A DNA stretch of 64,000 nucleotides from Bythopirellula sp. GTDB taxonomy: Bacteria; Planctomycetota; Planctomycetia; Pirellulales; Lacipirellulaceae. Made by a program: the position numbers and the translations under genes. The stretch covers positions 4,224,001 to 4,288,000 of the forward strand of contig OZ244170.1 in NCBI GenBank assembly GCA_965216565.1, in the 5' to 3' direction. Numbering within the stretch: position 1 is the stretch's first letter; the number at the start of each line of letters is the position of its first letter. Below are positions 49,500-58,589 of this stretch, one piece after another. The notes below the pieces were generated by a model. That model worked only from the letters and a program-made list of their open reading frames with translations, had not been told where the DNA came from and ran no database searches.

Positions 49500-50687
49500 A
49501 TGGAACGACCTTTTAGTCATTTGGCGATCGTGGGTGCCAGTGTTCGTGCTGCTGCGGAGTCGGTATATCTTTCAGGTCGTACAGCGGTCGCAGCCGACCT
49601 ATTTGCCGATGCTGACCTCCGCCAACTTTGTCACGCCACCGAGATCAAGGACTATCCCTCGGGGCTTGCGGAGTGGCTCGAGCGAACAGAGTGCGACGCC
49701 TGGATCTACACAGGGGCGCTCGAGAATCATCCGAATCTGATCGACGACTTGGCTCGGATCCGCCCCCTTTTGGGAAACGCTGGCGACACGCTCCGCCAAG
49801 TCCGCGATCCGCTTGTGCTACAGCAGAAATTGCATGCCCATGGTTTGCCTTTTCCCGAGACGTACAGTGCCAAACATGGCAAGCCACTCGCAGGCGACTG
49901 GCTCGTGAAGACGTACCGTGGTAGTAGCGGCAGCGGTGTCCGTGTCGTCCCCCTCCCTTTTAGGGAGGGGCTAGGGGAGGGTGGAGTTTTCGCAGGGTTC
50001 CCCCCCTCTCCTAACCTCTCCCCGGAGGGGAGAGGGACTTCAATTCCAGGGCACTATCTGCAGCGTCGAGTTCAAGGTGACCCAGGTGCCGCCATTTTTG
50101 CCGGGGAAACTCTACTCGGCGTCAGCCGACAACTTGTGGGCGAAAGCTGGACGGGTGCAGGCGTCTTTCAGTATTGCGGATCGATCGCCCCCTGGTCGTT
50201 TGCACCCGCTGCGGAAGCTACGCTCCAAGAGATCGGTCGCGTGTTGGCGGACGAGTTCCAATTGCAGGGACTCTATGGGGTCGACTTTATTGACGACGGC
50301 CAGGAGATTTGGCCGGTGGAGGTGAACCCCCGCTACACGGCATCGGTGGAAATGATCGAACTTGCGTATAGTCTCCAAGCGATCGACTGGCAGCTGTCGA
50401 CATGCTCCGCGAGTAATTTGCCACAGTTGCCACCGCTCAGCCGACAGACGCCCTCGACGCACCTGGCCAAGGCAATCTGGTTTGCGAAGAGTCCGTTACA
50501 GATCACCGCGCTAGCCTCTTCCTGGGCATTATCGCAGAGGGACTTGTCGGACATTCCCGTGCTCGGCACGACGATCGACGTCGGCGACCCAGTGCTGACC
50601 GTGCGAACTGAAGGTTGGACGGCTGAGGAAACTCTTGCTAGTTTGCAGCAGCGGATCATTGAACTGGAAAGTCGATTTGGAGAGTGA
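49500..50687 (+). CDS. ATP-grasp domain protein (COG2232-like, the type found with H4MPT/methanofuran C1 genes)
   Basis: IVGASVRAAAES, ADLFADADL, GALENHP, LLGN, WLVK...SSGSGV, F.YCGSI, GLYGVDFI, VEVNPRYTASVE. Confidence 0.8.
   Translation: MERPFSHLAIVGASVRAAAESVYLSGRTAVAADLFADADLRQLCHATEIKDYPSGLAEWLERTECDAWIYTGALENHPNLIDDLARIRPLLGNAGDTLRQVRDPLVLQQKLHAHGLPFPETYSAKHGKPLAGDWLVKTYRGSSGSGVRVVPLPFREGLGEGGVFAGFPPSPNLSPEGRGTSIPGHYLQRRVQGDPGAAIFAGETLLGVSRQLVGESWTGAGVFQYCGSIAPWSFAPAAEATLQEIGRVLADEFQLQGLYGVDFIDDGQEIWPVEVNPRYTASVEMIELAYSLQAIDWQLSTCSASNLPQLPPLSRQTPSTHLAKAIWFAKSPLQITALASSWALSQRDLSDIPVLGTTIDVGDPVLTVRTEGWTAEETLASLQQRIIELESRFGE
49947..50038. repeat. Palindromic REP-like doublet lying in frame within the ATP-grasp gene
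   Basis: Two inverted 35-bp arms (27/35 identical), each itself a C-rich/G-rich hairpin; encodes VPLPFREGLGEG...PPSPNLSPEGRG. Confidence 0.8.
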
Positions 50688-51178
50688 TGAGCACAGTGCG
50701 ACTAGGAGTAGTGAGCGACACCCACGGCCACGTGGAAAACACCCGCCAGGCTGTGCGGATGCTTGAGAGCCTAGAGGTCGACCGCTTGCTGCATTGCGGA
50801 GATATCGGGACGCCCGAGATCGTCGAAATGCTAGCCCCCTGGCCCACCGACTACGTGTTGGGCAATTGCGACTACAACGGGGCCGAACTGGCCAGTGCCA
50901 TTGCTGCGGCTGGGCAGACGTTTCACGACCAGTTTGCAGAGCTGGAGATTGCGGGCCGGCGGATTGTCCTGCTGCACAGCCACGATCGCCGCAAATTTCG
51001 TGAACTTACCGAAAGCGGCGAGTGGGATCTAGTTTGCTACGGCCATTCGCACATAGCATCGATCGATCGTCACGGCGAGACCCTCGTACTAAATCCTGGG
51101 GCGCTGTACCGTGCGAATCCTCATAGCCTGGCCATTGTCGAATTGCCGGCGCTCGAGGCGCACCACGTGACGCTCTAG
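50684..51178 (+). CDS. YfcE-like metallophosphoesterase
   Basis: VVSDTHG, LHCGDI, VLGNCD, YGHSH, LNPGA. Confidence 0.92.
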   Translation: MMSTVRLGVVSDTHGHVENTRQAVRMLESLEVDRLLHCGDIGTPEIVEMLAPWPTDYVLGNCDYNGAELASAIAAAGQTFHDQFAELEIAGRRIVLLHSHDRRKFRELTESGEWDLVCYGHSHIASIDRHGETLVLNPGALYRANPHSLAIVELPALEAHHVTL

Positions 51179-51189
51179 ATCTCATGAGG

Positions 51190-51283
51190 AATCGAGGGAA
51201 AAAAATTCCCTATTCTATTGATCCCCTCACCCAGCCCTCTCCCTTGAGGGGCGAGGGACTAAGGAGAAGTTTTCCCCTCGATT
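51190..51283. repeat. REP-like unit (51223-51259) nested within an outer inverted repeat between convergent genes
   Basis: CCCCTCACCCAGCCCTCTCCCTTGAGGGGCGAGGGAC flanked by AATCGAGGGAAAA and TTTTCCCCTCGATT. Confidence 0.7.
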
Positions 51284-51297
51284 GATCAGAGCACAGG

Positions 51298-51822
51298 CTA
51301 ACCAGCGAGTCGATCGATGCGGTTGATCGGGATCGTCGTGGGAAGTTCTTCTTCCACAGCGTGGGCGAATTCCATCTGGTAAGCATCTTCTGGCGAGTCG
51401 TCGTAGTAAGAACGCAGCACAGAAGTTGCTTTGAACCCAGCGCTCTTGAAGAAGAGTTGTGCTGGCAAATTCGTTTCGCGCACTTCTAGTGTGATTTTTG
51501 TACGACGTTGGCTAGAGAGCTTGCCGATGAGCTTTTGCGCCATCTGCTGGCCAATGCCTCGGTGACGGGCACTATCGGCCACGGCGAAGTTGAGGATATG
51601 TAGCCGCGACTTGTGCAGCTCGTAGATCATGAAGCCGACAACACGCTCACCGTGCTCGGCAACCATGCCAATGCAGTTGCGTTGACGCAAGCAGCGAATG
51701 AAGTCCTCTTCGAACCAGGGGAATTCAAAACTTTCGCGTTCAATTTCCAATACTTCCGGCATGTCGCGTCGGATCATCCAGCGGATATGAACGCGTAACT
51801 GCTGTCGGTGATCGGCAGCCAT
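51298..51822 (-). CDS. rimI: Ribosomal protein S18 alanine N-acetyltransferase
   Basis: IRWMIRRDMPEVLEIE..SF..PW, LHILNFAV, RHRGIG, LEVRETN..AQ.F....GF......YY...EDAY.M; AGGAGG RBS before ATG 51822. Confidence 0.88.
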   Translation of the reverse strand: MAADHRQQLRVHIRWMIRRDMPEVLEIERESFEFPWFEEDFIRCLRQRNCIGMVAEHGERVVGFMIYELHKSRLHILNFAVADSARHRGIGQQMAQKLIGKLSSQRRTKITLEVRETNLPAQLFFKSAGFKATSVLRSYYDDSPEDAYQMEFAHAVEEELPTTIPINRIDRLAG

Positions 51823-52011
51823 GATGGCCTCCTTCCGTGTCGGCCTATGAGTCGACTTCCTAGTCAATCCGTCACCCATTTGGGCTCCATCCCTTGCTGT
51901 GCCCGTGAAGGAAAGCCTTCAGCGAGCCTTATTCTGATCCCTGTGCGAACGTCCCGTCGCAACGGCACCCAGGCATCTCGTCATGAGGCATCCTGGGGCA
52001 AGTGGAACGGG

Positions 52012-52040
52012 AGCGTACCAAAACCACCCAAATGTGCCAA
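52012..52040 (-). promoter_or_regulatory. sigma70-like promoter of rimI
   Basis: Minus strand TTGGCA-N17-TACGCT with extended TG. Confidence 0.6.
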
Positions 52041-52312
52041 GCGCGAAAAAGAAACCAGTAAAAATACGGACTTCGAAGCTGCTAGCGACCCTATGTGGAG
52101 TACCACTCTGGCAGTAATTCCGTGTGGTTTGTTCCGCTTGTAACGATCGCAAGAGCTAACGGCTGAGAAGCGGAATCAGAGCCTCTTTTCAGAGGCCACT
52201 CGGGCACTCGCAACACTGGTAGTAGCCTAAGTTTTAGGGGACTAAAACCACGAATCTCTGCCCCGCGAGGGTCCTCCTCTCGCCATGAAAATAACTTTGG
52301 AAATGAGAAAGT

Positions 52313-54088
52313 ATGTCGGAATCCAAACCTAGTTCTGATTCGGTCGATGCCATTGCTGCCCGACGCGAATATCAGGTCATGAAATGGATGATCGTCGCGG
52401 CAATGGCCGTGGCAACCGCTTCGCCGCTGGCGCTGAACCTGGTCGACCCCGACTTGTGGGGGCACGTCCGCTACGCCCAGGATTGGATTGCCGACGGCAA
52501 GTTGCCTGTCACGGCAACGCATACTTTCACAGCCCCTGATCATCCGTGGATTAATCACGAGAATCTCGCAGAGCTATCCTTCGCATTGGGTCACTCATAT
52601 CTGGGAACGAATGGCCTGTTGATGGCCAAGTGCGCTTGGGGTATGGGAATTATCCTGCTGATGGTTTGGGTTGCTAGCCGCCATGGTGTGCACCCGTTGC
52701 TGAGTTGGGCTGTCATGCTGTTGGTGGCTTCCAACTTGCAAGCCTTCTTCCCGCTGCGTCCGCAACTCTTAAGTTTCGGATTGTGTAGCATCATGCTAGT
52801 GCTGCTCGATTGCGGTTTTAGACTTTGGGAGAGTGAGCGGCGAGTGCGTTGGAAATTTCTCGCTCCGCTACCGTTCGTCTTCATCGTTTGGATCAATTCG
52901 CACGGCGCTGTCGTGGCGGGCTTGTGCATTCTCGGTGCCTACTTGGGGGGGCGATGTATCGAGCTGCTCATCCATCGCAATGAACTAACTACTTCAAACC
53001 TGTTGGGGCTGTCGACCCTAGGACTGGCAAGTGCTGGTGCGACGATCGCGAATCCCTATGGCCTGGAACTGCATCGCTGGTTGGCTTCGTCGCTGGGTCA
53101 GCCTCGGCCTGAGATCACCGAATGGGCACCGCCCGCCTTGGGCGACCCTATATTCTGGCCCTGGATTACGCTGCTGGCCCTGATGGTGCTGAGTTTGGTT
53201 GGGACACGTTTGCGTCGTGATTGGGTGCAGATTGCGATTCTCGCCCTCGTGGCCTGGCAATCGGCTTCGCACCTTAGGCACATTGCATTCCTGGCGATCC
53301 TATGCGGCTTCTGGCTGCCCGCGCATCTGCAATCGGCCCTGGGTCGCTTGCGCCCTCGTTCTGCCCAACGACTGGGGATCATGCGACTCTCGCCCTGGCT
53401 GCGCCGAGCAGGACTCGCGGCACTGATGTTGAGTATCGGATTGCAAGGCATGGTGCTGGGCCGTCGATTGACAGATTTCCCGGTAGATCGCGCCTTCTAT
53501 CCGGTCGACGCAATTGAATTTATGTCTCAGGAGCAGCTCACCGGCAAGCTGGTAGTCTCTTTCAACTGGGCCCAATATGCCATTGCCGCCTTGGCTCCAG
53601 ATGTTGAAGTCGCTTTTGATGGTCGGTTTCGAACTTGCTATCCCCAAGAGATCGTCGATATGCACTTCGATTTTCTGTTGGGAGAAAACGAGGGCAAACG
53701 GTATCGGAGCGAAGCCTCGGGTCCCATCGATGGGTCGCGCGTGCTGAGCTACGGTGCTCCAGACTTGGTGCTAGTGGATCGTAGCTACGATCATGCCGTG
53801 GGCGTCATGCAAGACGTCACAGCCCGACAGCCGGGGAGTTGGACGTTGCTCTATCGCGATGCGACGGCGGAGTTGTGGGGACGAACCACCCGCTACGATC
53901 TGCCCACCAGCGAGCAGTATTTGCCACTGGCCGCCCGGTTGATCGACGACAGCGAAAAGATCGGCGGAGTGGCGTGGCCCGCGCTTCCCTGCCCTCCAAG
54001 TGCCAAGCCCCGGGAAACGAGCCAGTTAGCCGAACAAGATTCAGAAACGAAACCAGCGACATCACTACCCCAAGCCCAAGCCATTTAA
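52313..54088 (+). CDS. Polytopic membrane protein, probable GT-C-fold glycosyltransferase-like
   Basis: First loop DPDLWGHVRYA...WINHENL; LRPQLLS; WINSHG; NPYG; ITEW; about 12 TM helices; C-terminal YPVDA..F, FDGR. Confidence 0.6.
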   Translation: MSESKPSSDSVDAIAARREYQVMKWMIVAAMAVATASPLALNLVDPDLWGHVRYAQDWIADGKLPVTATHTFTAPDHPWINHENLAELSFALGHSYLGTNGLLMAKCAWGMGIILLMVWVASRHGVHPLLSWAVMLLVASNLQAFFPLRPQLLSFGLCSIMLVLLDCGFRLWESERRVRWKFLAPLPFVFIVWINSHGAVVAGLCILGAYLGGRCIELLIHRNELTTSNLLGLSTLGLASAGATIANPYGLELHRWLASSLGQPRPEITEWAPPALGDPIFWPWITLLALMVLSLVGTRLRRDWVQIAILALVAWQSASHLRHIAFLAILCGFWLPAHLQSALGRLRPRSAQRLGIMRLSPWLRRAGLAALMLSIGLQGMVLGRRLTDFPVDRAFYPVDAIEFMSQEQLTGKLVVSFNWAQYAIAALAPDVEVAFDGRFRTCYPQEIVDMHFDFLLGENEGKRYRSEASGPIDGSRVLSYGAPDLVLVDRSYDHAVGVMQDVTARQPGSWTLLYRDATAELWGRTTRYDLPTSEQYLPLAARLIDDSEKIGGVAWPALPCPPSAKPRETSQLAEQDSETKPATSLPQAQAI

Positions 54089-54112
54089 GTTTTCCCTGAG
54101 AGGAACTTCTCC

Positions 54113-55003
54113 ATGAATAACGTCCAAACGTTGCCCGCCGATCCAGAATTTGTTGAGCCACAGAATGCCGTCACTCAGACTCCGACTCCCACTGCCGTGC
54201 CACCGACGGTCGATCAAGAGTATCTCCAACGGATGGAGTCGACCCTCGACGCCGCGTCACAAACGCTCTCCCAAGAGATGGATGCCGACAAGCCGGCAGC
54301 GGATGAAAAGCGGACCAAGCTTGCATTGTCGATTGTGATTCCCGTTTACAACGAGCGAGATACGATTCGCAAGATTGTCGACCTGGTACGAGCTCAGGAA
54401 TTGCATCACGAGATTATCATTGTCGACGACTTTAGTATCGACGGCACGCGCGAGGTTCTACTAGAGCTTGCCGGCGAACCAGATATCCAAGTGATGATGC
54501 ATGGCTACAACCAGGGCAAAGGGGCAGCGCTTCGTACAGGATTCAAGATGGCCCACGGCGATGTGGTGCTGATCCAAGATGCTGATTTGGAGTACGATCC
54601 CAGCGATTACGCCCAACTTCTAGAGCCTCTAGAAAGTGGCGAGGCAAACGTCGTTTACGGATCGCGCTTCCTGCAAAATGCCGAACAAGATCCTTCGAAG
54701 ATACATCGCTTTGGCAACTGGCTGCTCACTACTTGTAGCAATCTATTCACAGGCCAACATCTCACCGACATGGAAACGTGCTACAAAGCGTTCCGTCGAG
54801 AGATTCTCGACAAGATCAGTATCGAGCAAAATCGCTTCGGATTCGAACCGGAAATCACTGGCAAACTATCGCGACTGGGATATCCCATCGTCGAAGTGCC
54901 TATTGGCTACAATGCGCGTGGTTACGAAGAGGGGAAGAAGATCGGTTTCCGCGATGCGGTCAATGCCTTCTGGTGCATCGTAAAATATCGCAATTGGGGT
55001 TAG
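54113..55003 (+). CDS. Glycosyltransferase family 2 (DPM1-like polyprenol-phosphate glycosyltransferase)
   Basis: LSIVIPVYNE, IIIVDDFSIDGT, NQGKGAALRTG, QDADLEYDP, VYGSRF, TDMETCYK, FGFEPE, EGKKI. Confidence 0.93.
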   Translation: MNNVQTLPADPEFVEPQNAVTQTPTPTAVPPTVDQEYLQRMESTLDAASQTLSQEMDADKPAADEKRTKLALSIVIPVYNERDTIRKIVDLVRAQELHHEIIIVDDFSIDGTREVLLELAGEPDIQVMMHGYNQGKGAALRTGFKMAHGDVVLIQDADLEYDPSDYAQLLEPLESGEANVVYGSRFLQNAEQDPSKIHRFGNWLLTTCSNLFTGQHLTDMETCYKAFRREILDKISIEQNRFGFEPEITGKLSRLGYPIVEVPIGYNARGYEEGKKIGFRDAVNAFWCIVKYRNWG

Positions 55004-55146
55004 AAAAATTACCCTTTGCACTGAAAAAGCCGTGTCGCGACGCAACGCGCGGCAATCCCGTACCCTACTCGCCTAGCTGCGTGCGAGGTACAATCGGATC
55101 TTGCTATCTAGAGTTATTCAGGATGCTATCGCGATCCGAGTGGACT

Positions 55147-55398
55147 ATGCAACTGTCCCCCGAAGTAGACGAGATTCTTCAAGAGGTATGTTCGATCCGT
55201 GCAGAGCGGAAGCAAAAGCTTGATCGAGACATGCATTTTATCGATGCGATGTACGATCGAAAGATTCGCCGTGTGCACTCGGCTTCATTTTGGAATCGGC
55301 CCTATTGCTCCTGCGTTTCCAAGCAGCCTTTCTGCCTAAGACGATTTTGCACTCGCCGAGTAAGATGGCTTCGACATCAGTTTCGAAGATCTGGCTGA
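55147..55398 (+). CDS. Possible small hypothetical protein
   Basis: MQLSPEVDEILQEVCSIRAERKQKLDRD.. reads like a natural helix and fills an intergenic gap; no family recognised. Confidence 0.3.
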   Translation: MQLSPEVDEILQEVCSIRAERKQKLDRDMHFIDAMYDRKIRRVHSASFWNRPYCSCVSKQPFCLRRFCTRRVRWLRHQFRRSG

Positions 55399-55661
55399 GC
55401 CAGCGGCTGCTAAGTTTGTATCGTGCGACGCCTCTCACCGCGGGTAGACGATAGCGACGCGGCTAATCTTCCGAATTCAAAAAGGTCTGCAGGCAGCCGC
55501 GTTGCCACGTAACTCGAGGCAACTAATTAGCTCGATTTGCTCTGGCCCTTCTATTAGCAAGTGATTGTGATTAGCATTACTTGGGCAGGCAGGTGCTTTT
55601 TTCTCTGCCGTGATTTTTTTGCTCTGTTAATAAACCCGCACCAATAAATTCAGGTGGTTCC

Positions 55662-57071
55662 ATGGATTCTAAGAATCACAATCGTCGCACCTTTGTTAAA
55701 CACACCGGTGGAGTAGCTGCCACGGTAGCGGCCGTTCCCTATTTCTTATCCGCCACCAAGACTTTGGCGGATGAAAGCAAATCGAAGAATGACCGGTTGC
55801 GAATAGGCTTGATCGGAGCGGGCGGTATGGGAGTCGGCAACCTGCATGTAGCAAAGGAGTGGGCTGATACGGTAGCGATTGCCGACGTTGACAGCAACAA
55901 ATCGGGCTGGGGCAATCAGGAACTCACCGGTGGCAAAGCAGATGAATACAAAGACTACCGCAAGCTACTGGAGCGTGATGACCTAGATGCCATTCACATC
56001 GCAACGCCTGACCACTGGCACGCGAAGCAGTTGATTGAGGCTTTGCATGCTGGACACGACGTGTATTGCGAAAAGCCACTCACGCTGACCATTGAGGAGG
56101 GCCAACAAGTTCGCAACGCTGTGCAGGAAACAGGCAAAATTGTGCAGGTTGGCACCCAACAACGCAGCACGTTCGAGTTGTTTACCAAAGCGATTGCCAT
56201 CGTCGCTGCGGGGCGATTGGGGAAAATCAAACGCGTGCAGGCTGCCATCGGTGGTTCCCCGGCTTCGCCTTCGATTCCCACTGCCAGTGTTCCTCCAAAT
56301 TGGGATTGGGATCGTTGGATTGGTCCAGCCGAGATGGTGGACTATCGCTTGAAGAAAGTTATGGTCCCCAACGAAAACGCCGAAGGTGACCAGCCAAAAG
56401 AAAAAGAAATTGCCTACACCAATGGTCATTTCGAGTTCCGCTGGTGGTACCACTTTTCGGGAGGCAAGTTGACTGACTGGGGCGCTCACCACGTAGACAT
56501 TGCGGCCTGGGCCTTGGAAGTGAATGGCCAATCCGCCGTGCCGTTGTCAATTGGCGGTTGGGCCAAACACCCAGTACCTTTCAAGGATGGGTATCCTACG
56601 GTCAACGATCGTTACAACACGGCTCTCGAATTTTCGCTCCGTGCCGAACTGCCCGACGATGTGGACATGATCATTCGGCACGATACCGATAATGGTGTGT
56701 TGATTGAGGGCGAGAAGGGACGAATTTTCGTCAACCGTGGCAAGCTGGTGGGTAAACCCGTTGAGGAGCTCCAAGAAAATCCCTTGCCTGACGGTACGTT
56801 GCAGAAAGTCTACGGCGGTATGCCGATGGAGCATAACGAGCGCAAGGCCCACTGGGCCAACTTCTTCCACTGCATCAAGGAGCGAAAGCAACCGATCTCA
56901 GACGTCGAATCGCACATGCGTGCGCTAAATATCTGCCATCTGGCGGGCATCACCGCACGGCTTGGCCGAACGATCCATTGGGATGGAGAGACAGAGAAGA
57001 TCGTGGGCGACGACCAGGCGAGCGCATTCCTCAGACGGGAATATCGCAAGGGTTACGAGATAGAGGTTTGA
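55662..57071 (+). CDS. Tat-exported Gfo/Idh/MocA oxidoreductase
   Basis: NRRTFVK twin-arginine signal; IGLIGAGGMG; IATPDHWH; YCEKP; QVGTQQRS; TDWGAHHVD. Confidence 0.93.
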   Translation: MDSKNHNRRTFVKHTGGVAATVAAVPYFLSATKTLADESKSKNDRLRIGLIGAGGMGVGNLHVAKEWADTVAIADVDSNKSGWGNQELTGGKADEYKDYRKLLERDDLDAIHIATPDHWHAKQLIEALHAGHDVYCEKPLTLTIEEGQQVRNAVQETGKIVQVGTQQRSTFELFTKAIAIVAAGRLGKIKRVQAAIGGSPASPSIPTASVPPNWDWDRWIGPAEMVDYRLKKVMVPNENAEGDQPKEKEIAYTNGHFEFRWWYHFSGGKLTDWGAHHVDIAAWALEVNGQSAVPLSIGGWAKHPVPFKDGYPTVNDRYNTALEFSLRAELPDDVDMIIRHDTDNGVLIEGEKGRIFVNRGKLVGKPVEELQENPLPDGTLQKVYGGMPMEHNERKAHWANFFHCIKERKQPISDVESHMRALNICHLAGITARLGRTIHWDGETEKIVGDDQASAFLRREYRKGYEIEV

Positions 57072-57152
57072 GAAGAAATCGAGGACGGCAGAGCCCAGAT
57101 CGCGGCTAATACCGCACCTCAACAACCAAACAGCTCACTTCAAACTTGATCG

Positions 57153-58316
57153 TCACTCCTGCTCCATGTACTTCGCATTGACCGTAGTATCGGGCGGGCC
57201 AAAGTCGTAAATGCGGTACTGCTTGGTGATTTTGGCGCCGCCTTTCTTCAGAGTTTTGTAGGAGAGGTCATTGCTCTCCAGCACCCAGGAGAATTCTGCT
57301 TCTTGAATGCCCCACTCCAGTGCAGCCGGAACTAGTCGGCCCACCAGTGCGATACCAATGCCCCAACTTTGATATTCGGGTAGCACGTTTGTACTGATTA
57401 GCCGAACCCGTTTCAGTTCATTGCGTTTGCGGAACAGTTTTAAGAAGCCTAGCGGAAACAGCTTGCCATCCATCGCCTTGATGCGCGGATTGTAGTCCAG
57501 TAGCCCAAACATTGTCCCGACGGGTTTGCCTTTGATCTCTGCCATGGTCGTGAGTTCAGGCACGATCATGTGTTTCATGCCGGCGGCTTGCTTGCGAACT
57601 TCGCCATCAGACATCGGCACAAATCCCCAAGTGGAGACCAGTGACTGGTTGTAAATATCTAAAAAAGTTTCCAGCTCTTGCTCGAAGCGACTAATGTCCA
57701 TCGGACGACATTTGAGCTCGAAGCGATCCAAGACAATGTGGCTTAGCTGATGCAAGCGTTTCGTAACTTCCTCGAGCATGTCGACGTGGCCCCAAAAGGC
57801 GAACAAATCTTGGGCCTTGCGAAAACCGTACGCTTTGAGCAGGTCGTCGTAGTACGGCTTGTTGTAGGTCATCATGAACCAGGGTGATTCGTGGAACCCA
57901 TCGATGAGCAAACCGCATTCGTAGTTGAGCGAAGGATTCACGGGACCGCGAATCGCTTCGATTTCGTGGCTGGCAAACCACTCCCGCGCCGCGTCGAATA
58001 GCCGACCGGCGGTCTCTTCGTTTTCGTCGGACTCGAAAAAACCAAAAAAACCGCGATTCTCTTCGTAGCGACGGTTGTGAGCATGATTGATAATTGCCGC
58101 CACGCGACCGCACGGTTTGCCATCGCGTTTGGCTAGGAAGCACTGGATCTCGGCGTCGTCGTAAAAAGGGTGCTTCCTAAAGTTCAGCAATTCCTTCTGG
58201 ACGATACGAATGGGGGGAACCCAGTTTGGATCGTCCCGATAATGGTCCCAAGGGAAGTTGAAGAATTGCTTACGCTCGCTGCGGGTCGAGACGGGGATGA
58301 CTTCCAACTGAGGCAT
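57153..58316 (-). CDS. GNAT-fold acyltransferase of the bCerS (bacterial ceramide synthase)/YghO-like family
   Basis: FPW..Y.DDPNWVPP, HPFY..AE...FLA.RDG...GR.AA, GFFGFFE, IRGPVNPSLNYECGLLIDGF, MMTYNKPYY, WGFVPM, EFSWVLESN. Confidence 0.75.
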   Translation of the reverse strand: MPQLEVIPVSTRSERKQFFNFPWDHYRDDPNWVPPIRIVQKELLNFRKHPFYDDAEIQCFLAKRDGKPCGRVAAIINHAHNRRYEENRGFFGFFESDENEETAGRLFDAAREWFASHEIEAIRGPVNPSLNYECGLLIDGFHESPWFMMTYNKPYYDDLLKAYGFRKAQDLFAFWGHVDMLEEVTKRLHQLSHIVLDRFELKCRPMDISRFEQELETFLDIYNQSLVSTWGFVPMSDGEVRKQAAGMKHMIVPELTTMAEIKGKPVGTMFGLLDYNPRIKAMDGKLFPLGFLKLFRKRNELKRVRLISTNVLPEYQSWGIGIALVGRLVPAALEWGIQEAEFSWVLESNDLSYKTLKKGGAKITKQYRIYDFGPPDTTVNAKYMEQE

Positions 58317-58589
58317 ATTGAAGAGCGCTGGTTTAGGAATTCTAACGGCGGCGATGGACTGACCACTGTAAACGTAGGCTCTAGGGGCGGTCAAGGAAGG
58401 GATGGAGACGGGAGCTAAAGGTCCGGGGTCCAGAGCAGGCTTGAAGTACGGAAACAGGCTGTCTTAGATGACTCTGGAGGCTCAACTCTTAGCTCTAGAC
58501 CCCTCTAGCCCTTGACGCTCCAACGTCTGGAAGGCAAGTTTTTGTCATCTGACGGTTGTTTTTTGTTCAGTTGGCGTACGAGCTTTCTC

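Noticed and set aside
54778..55146. 206-aa ORF overlapping the GT2 gene
   Set aside because: The 5' part is an alternative frame of the GT2 gene; at most the part from 55147 is real
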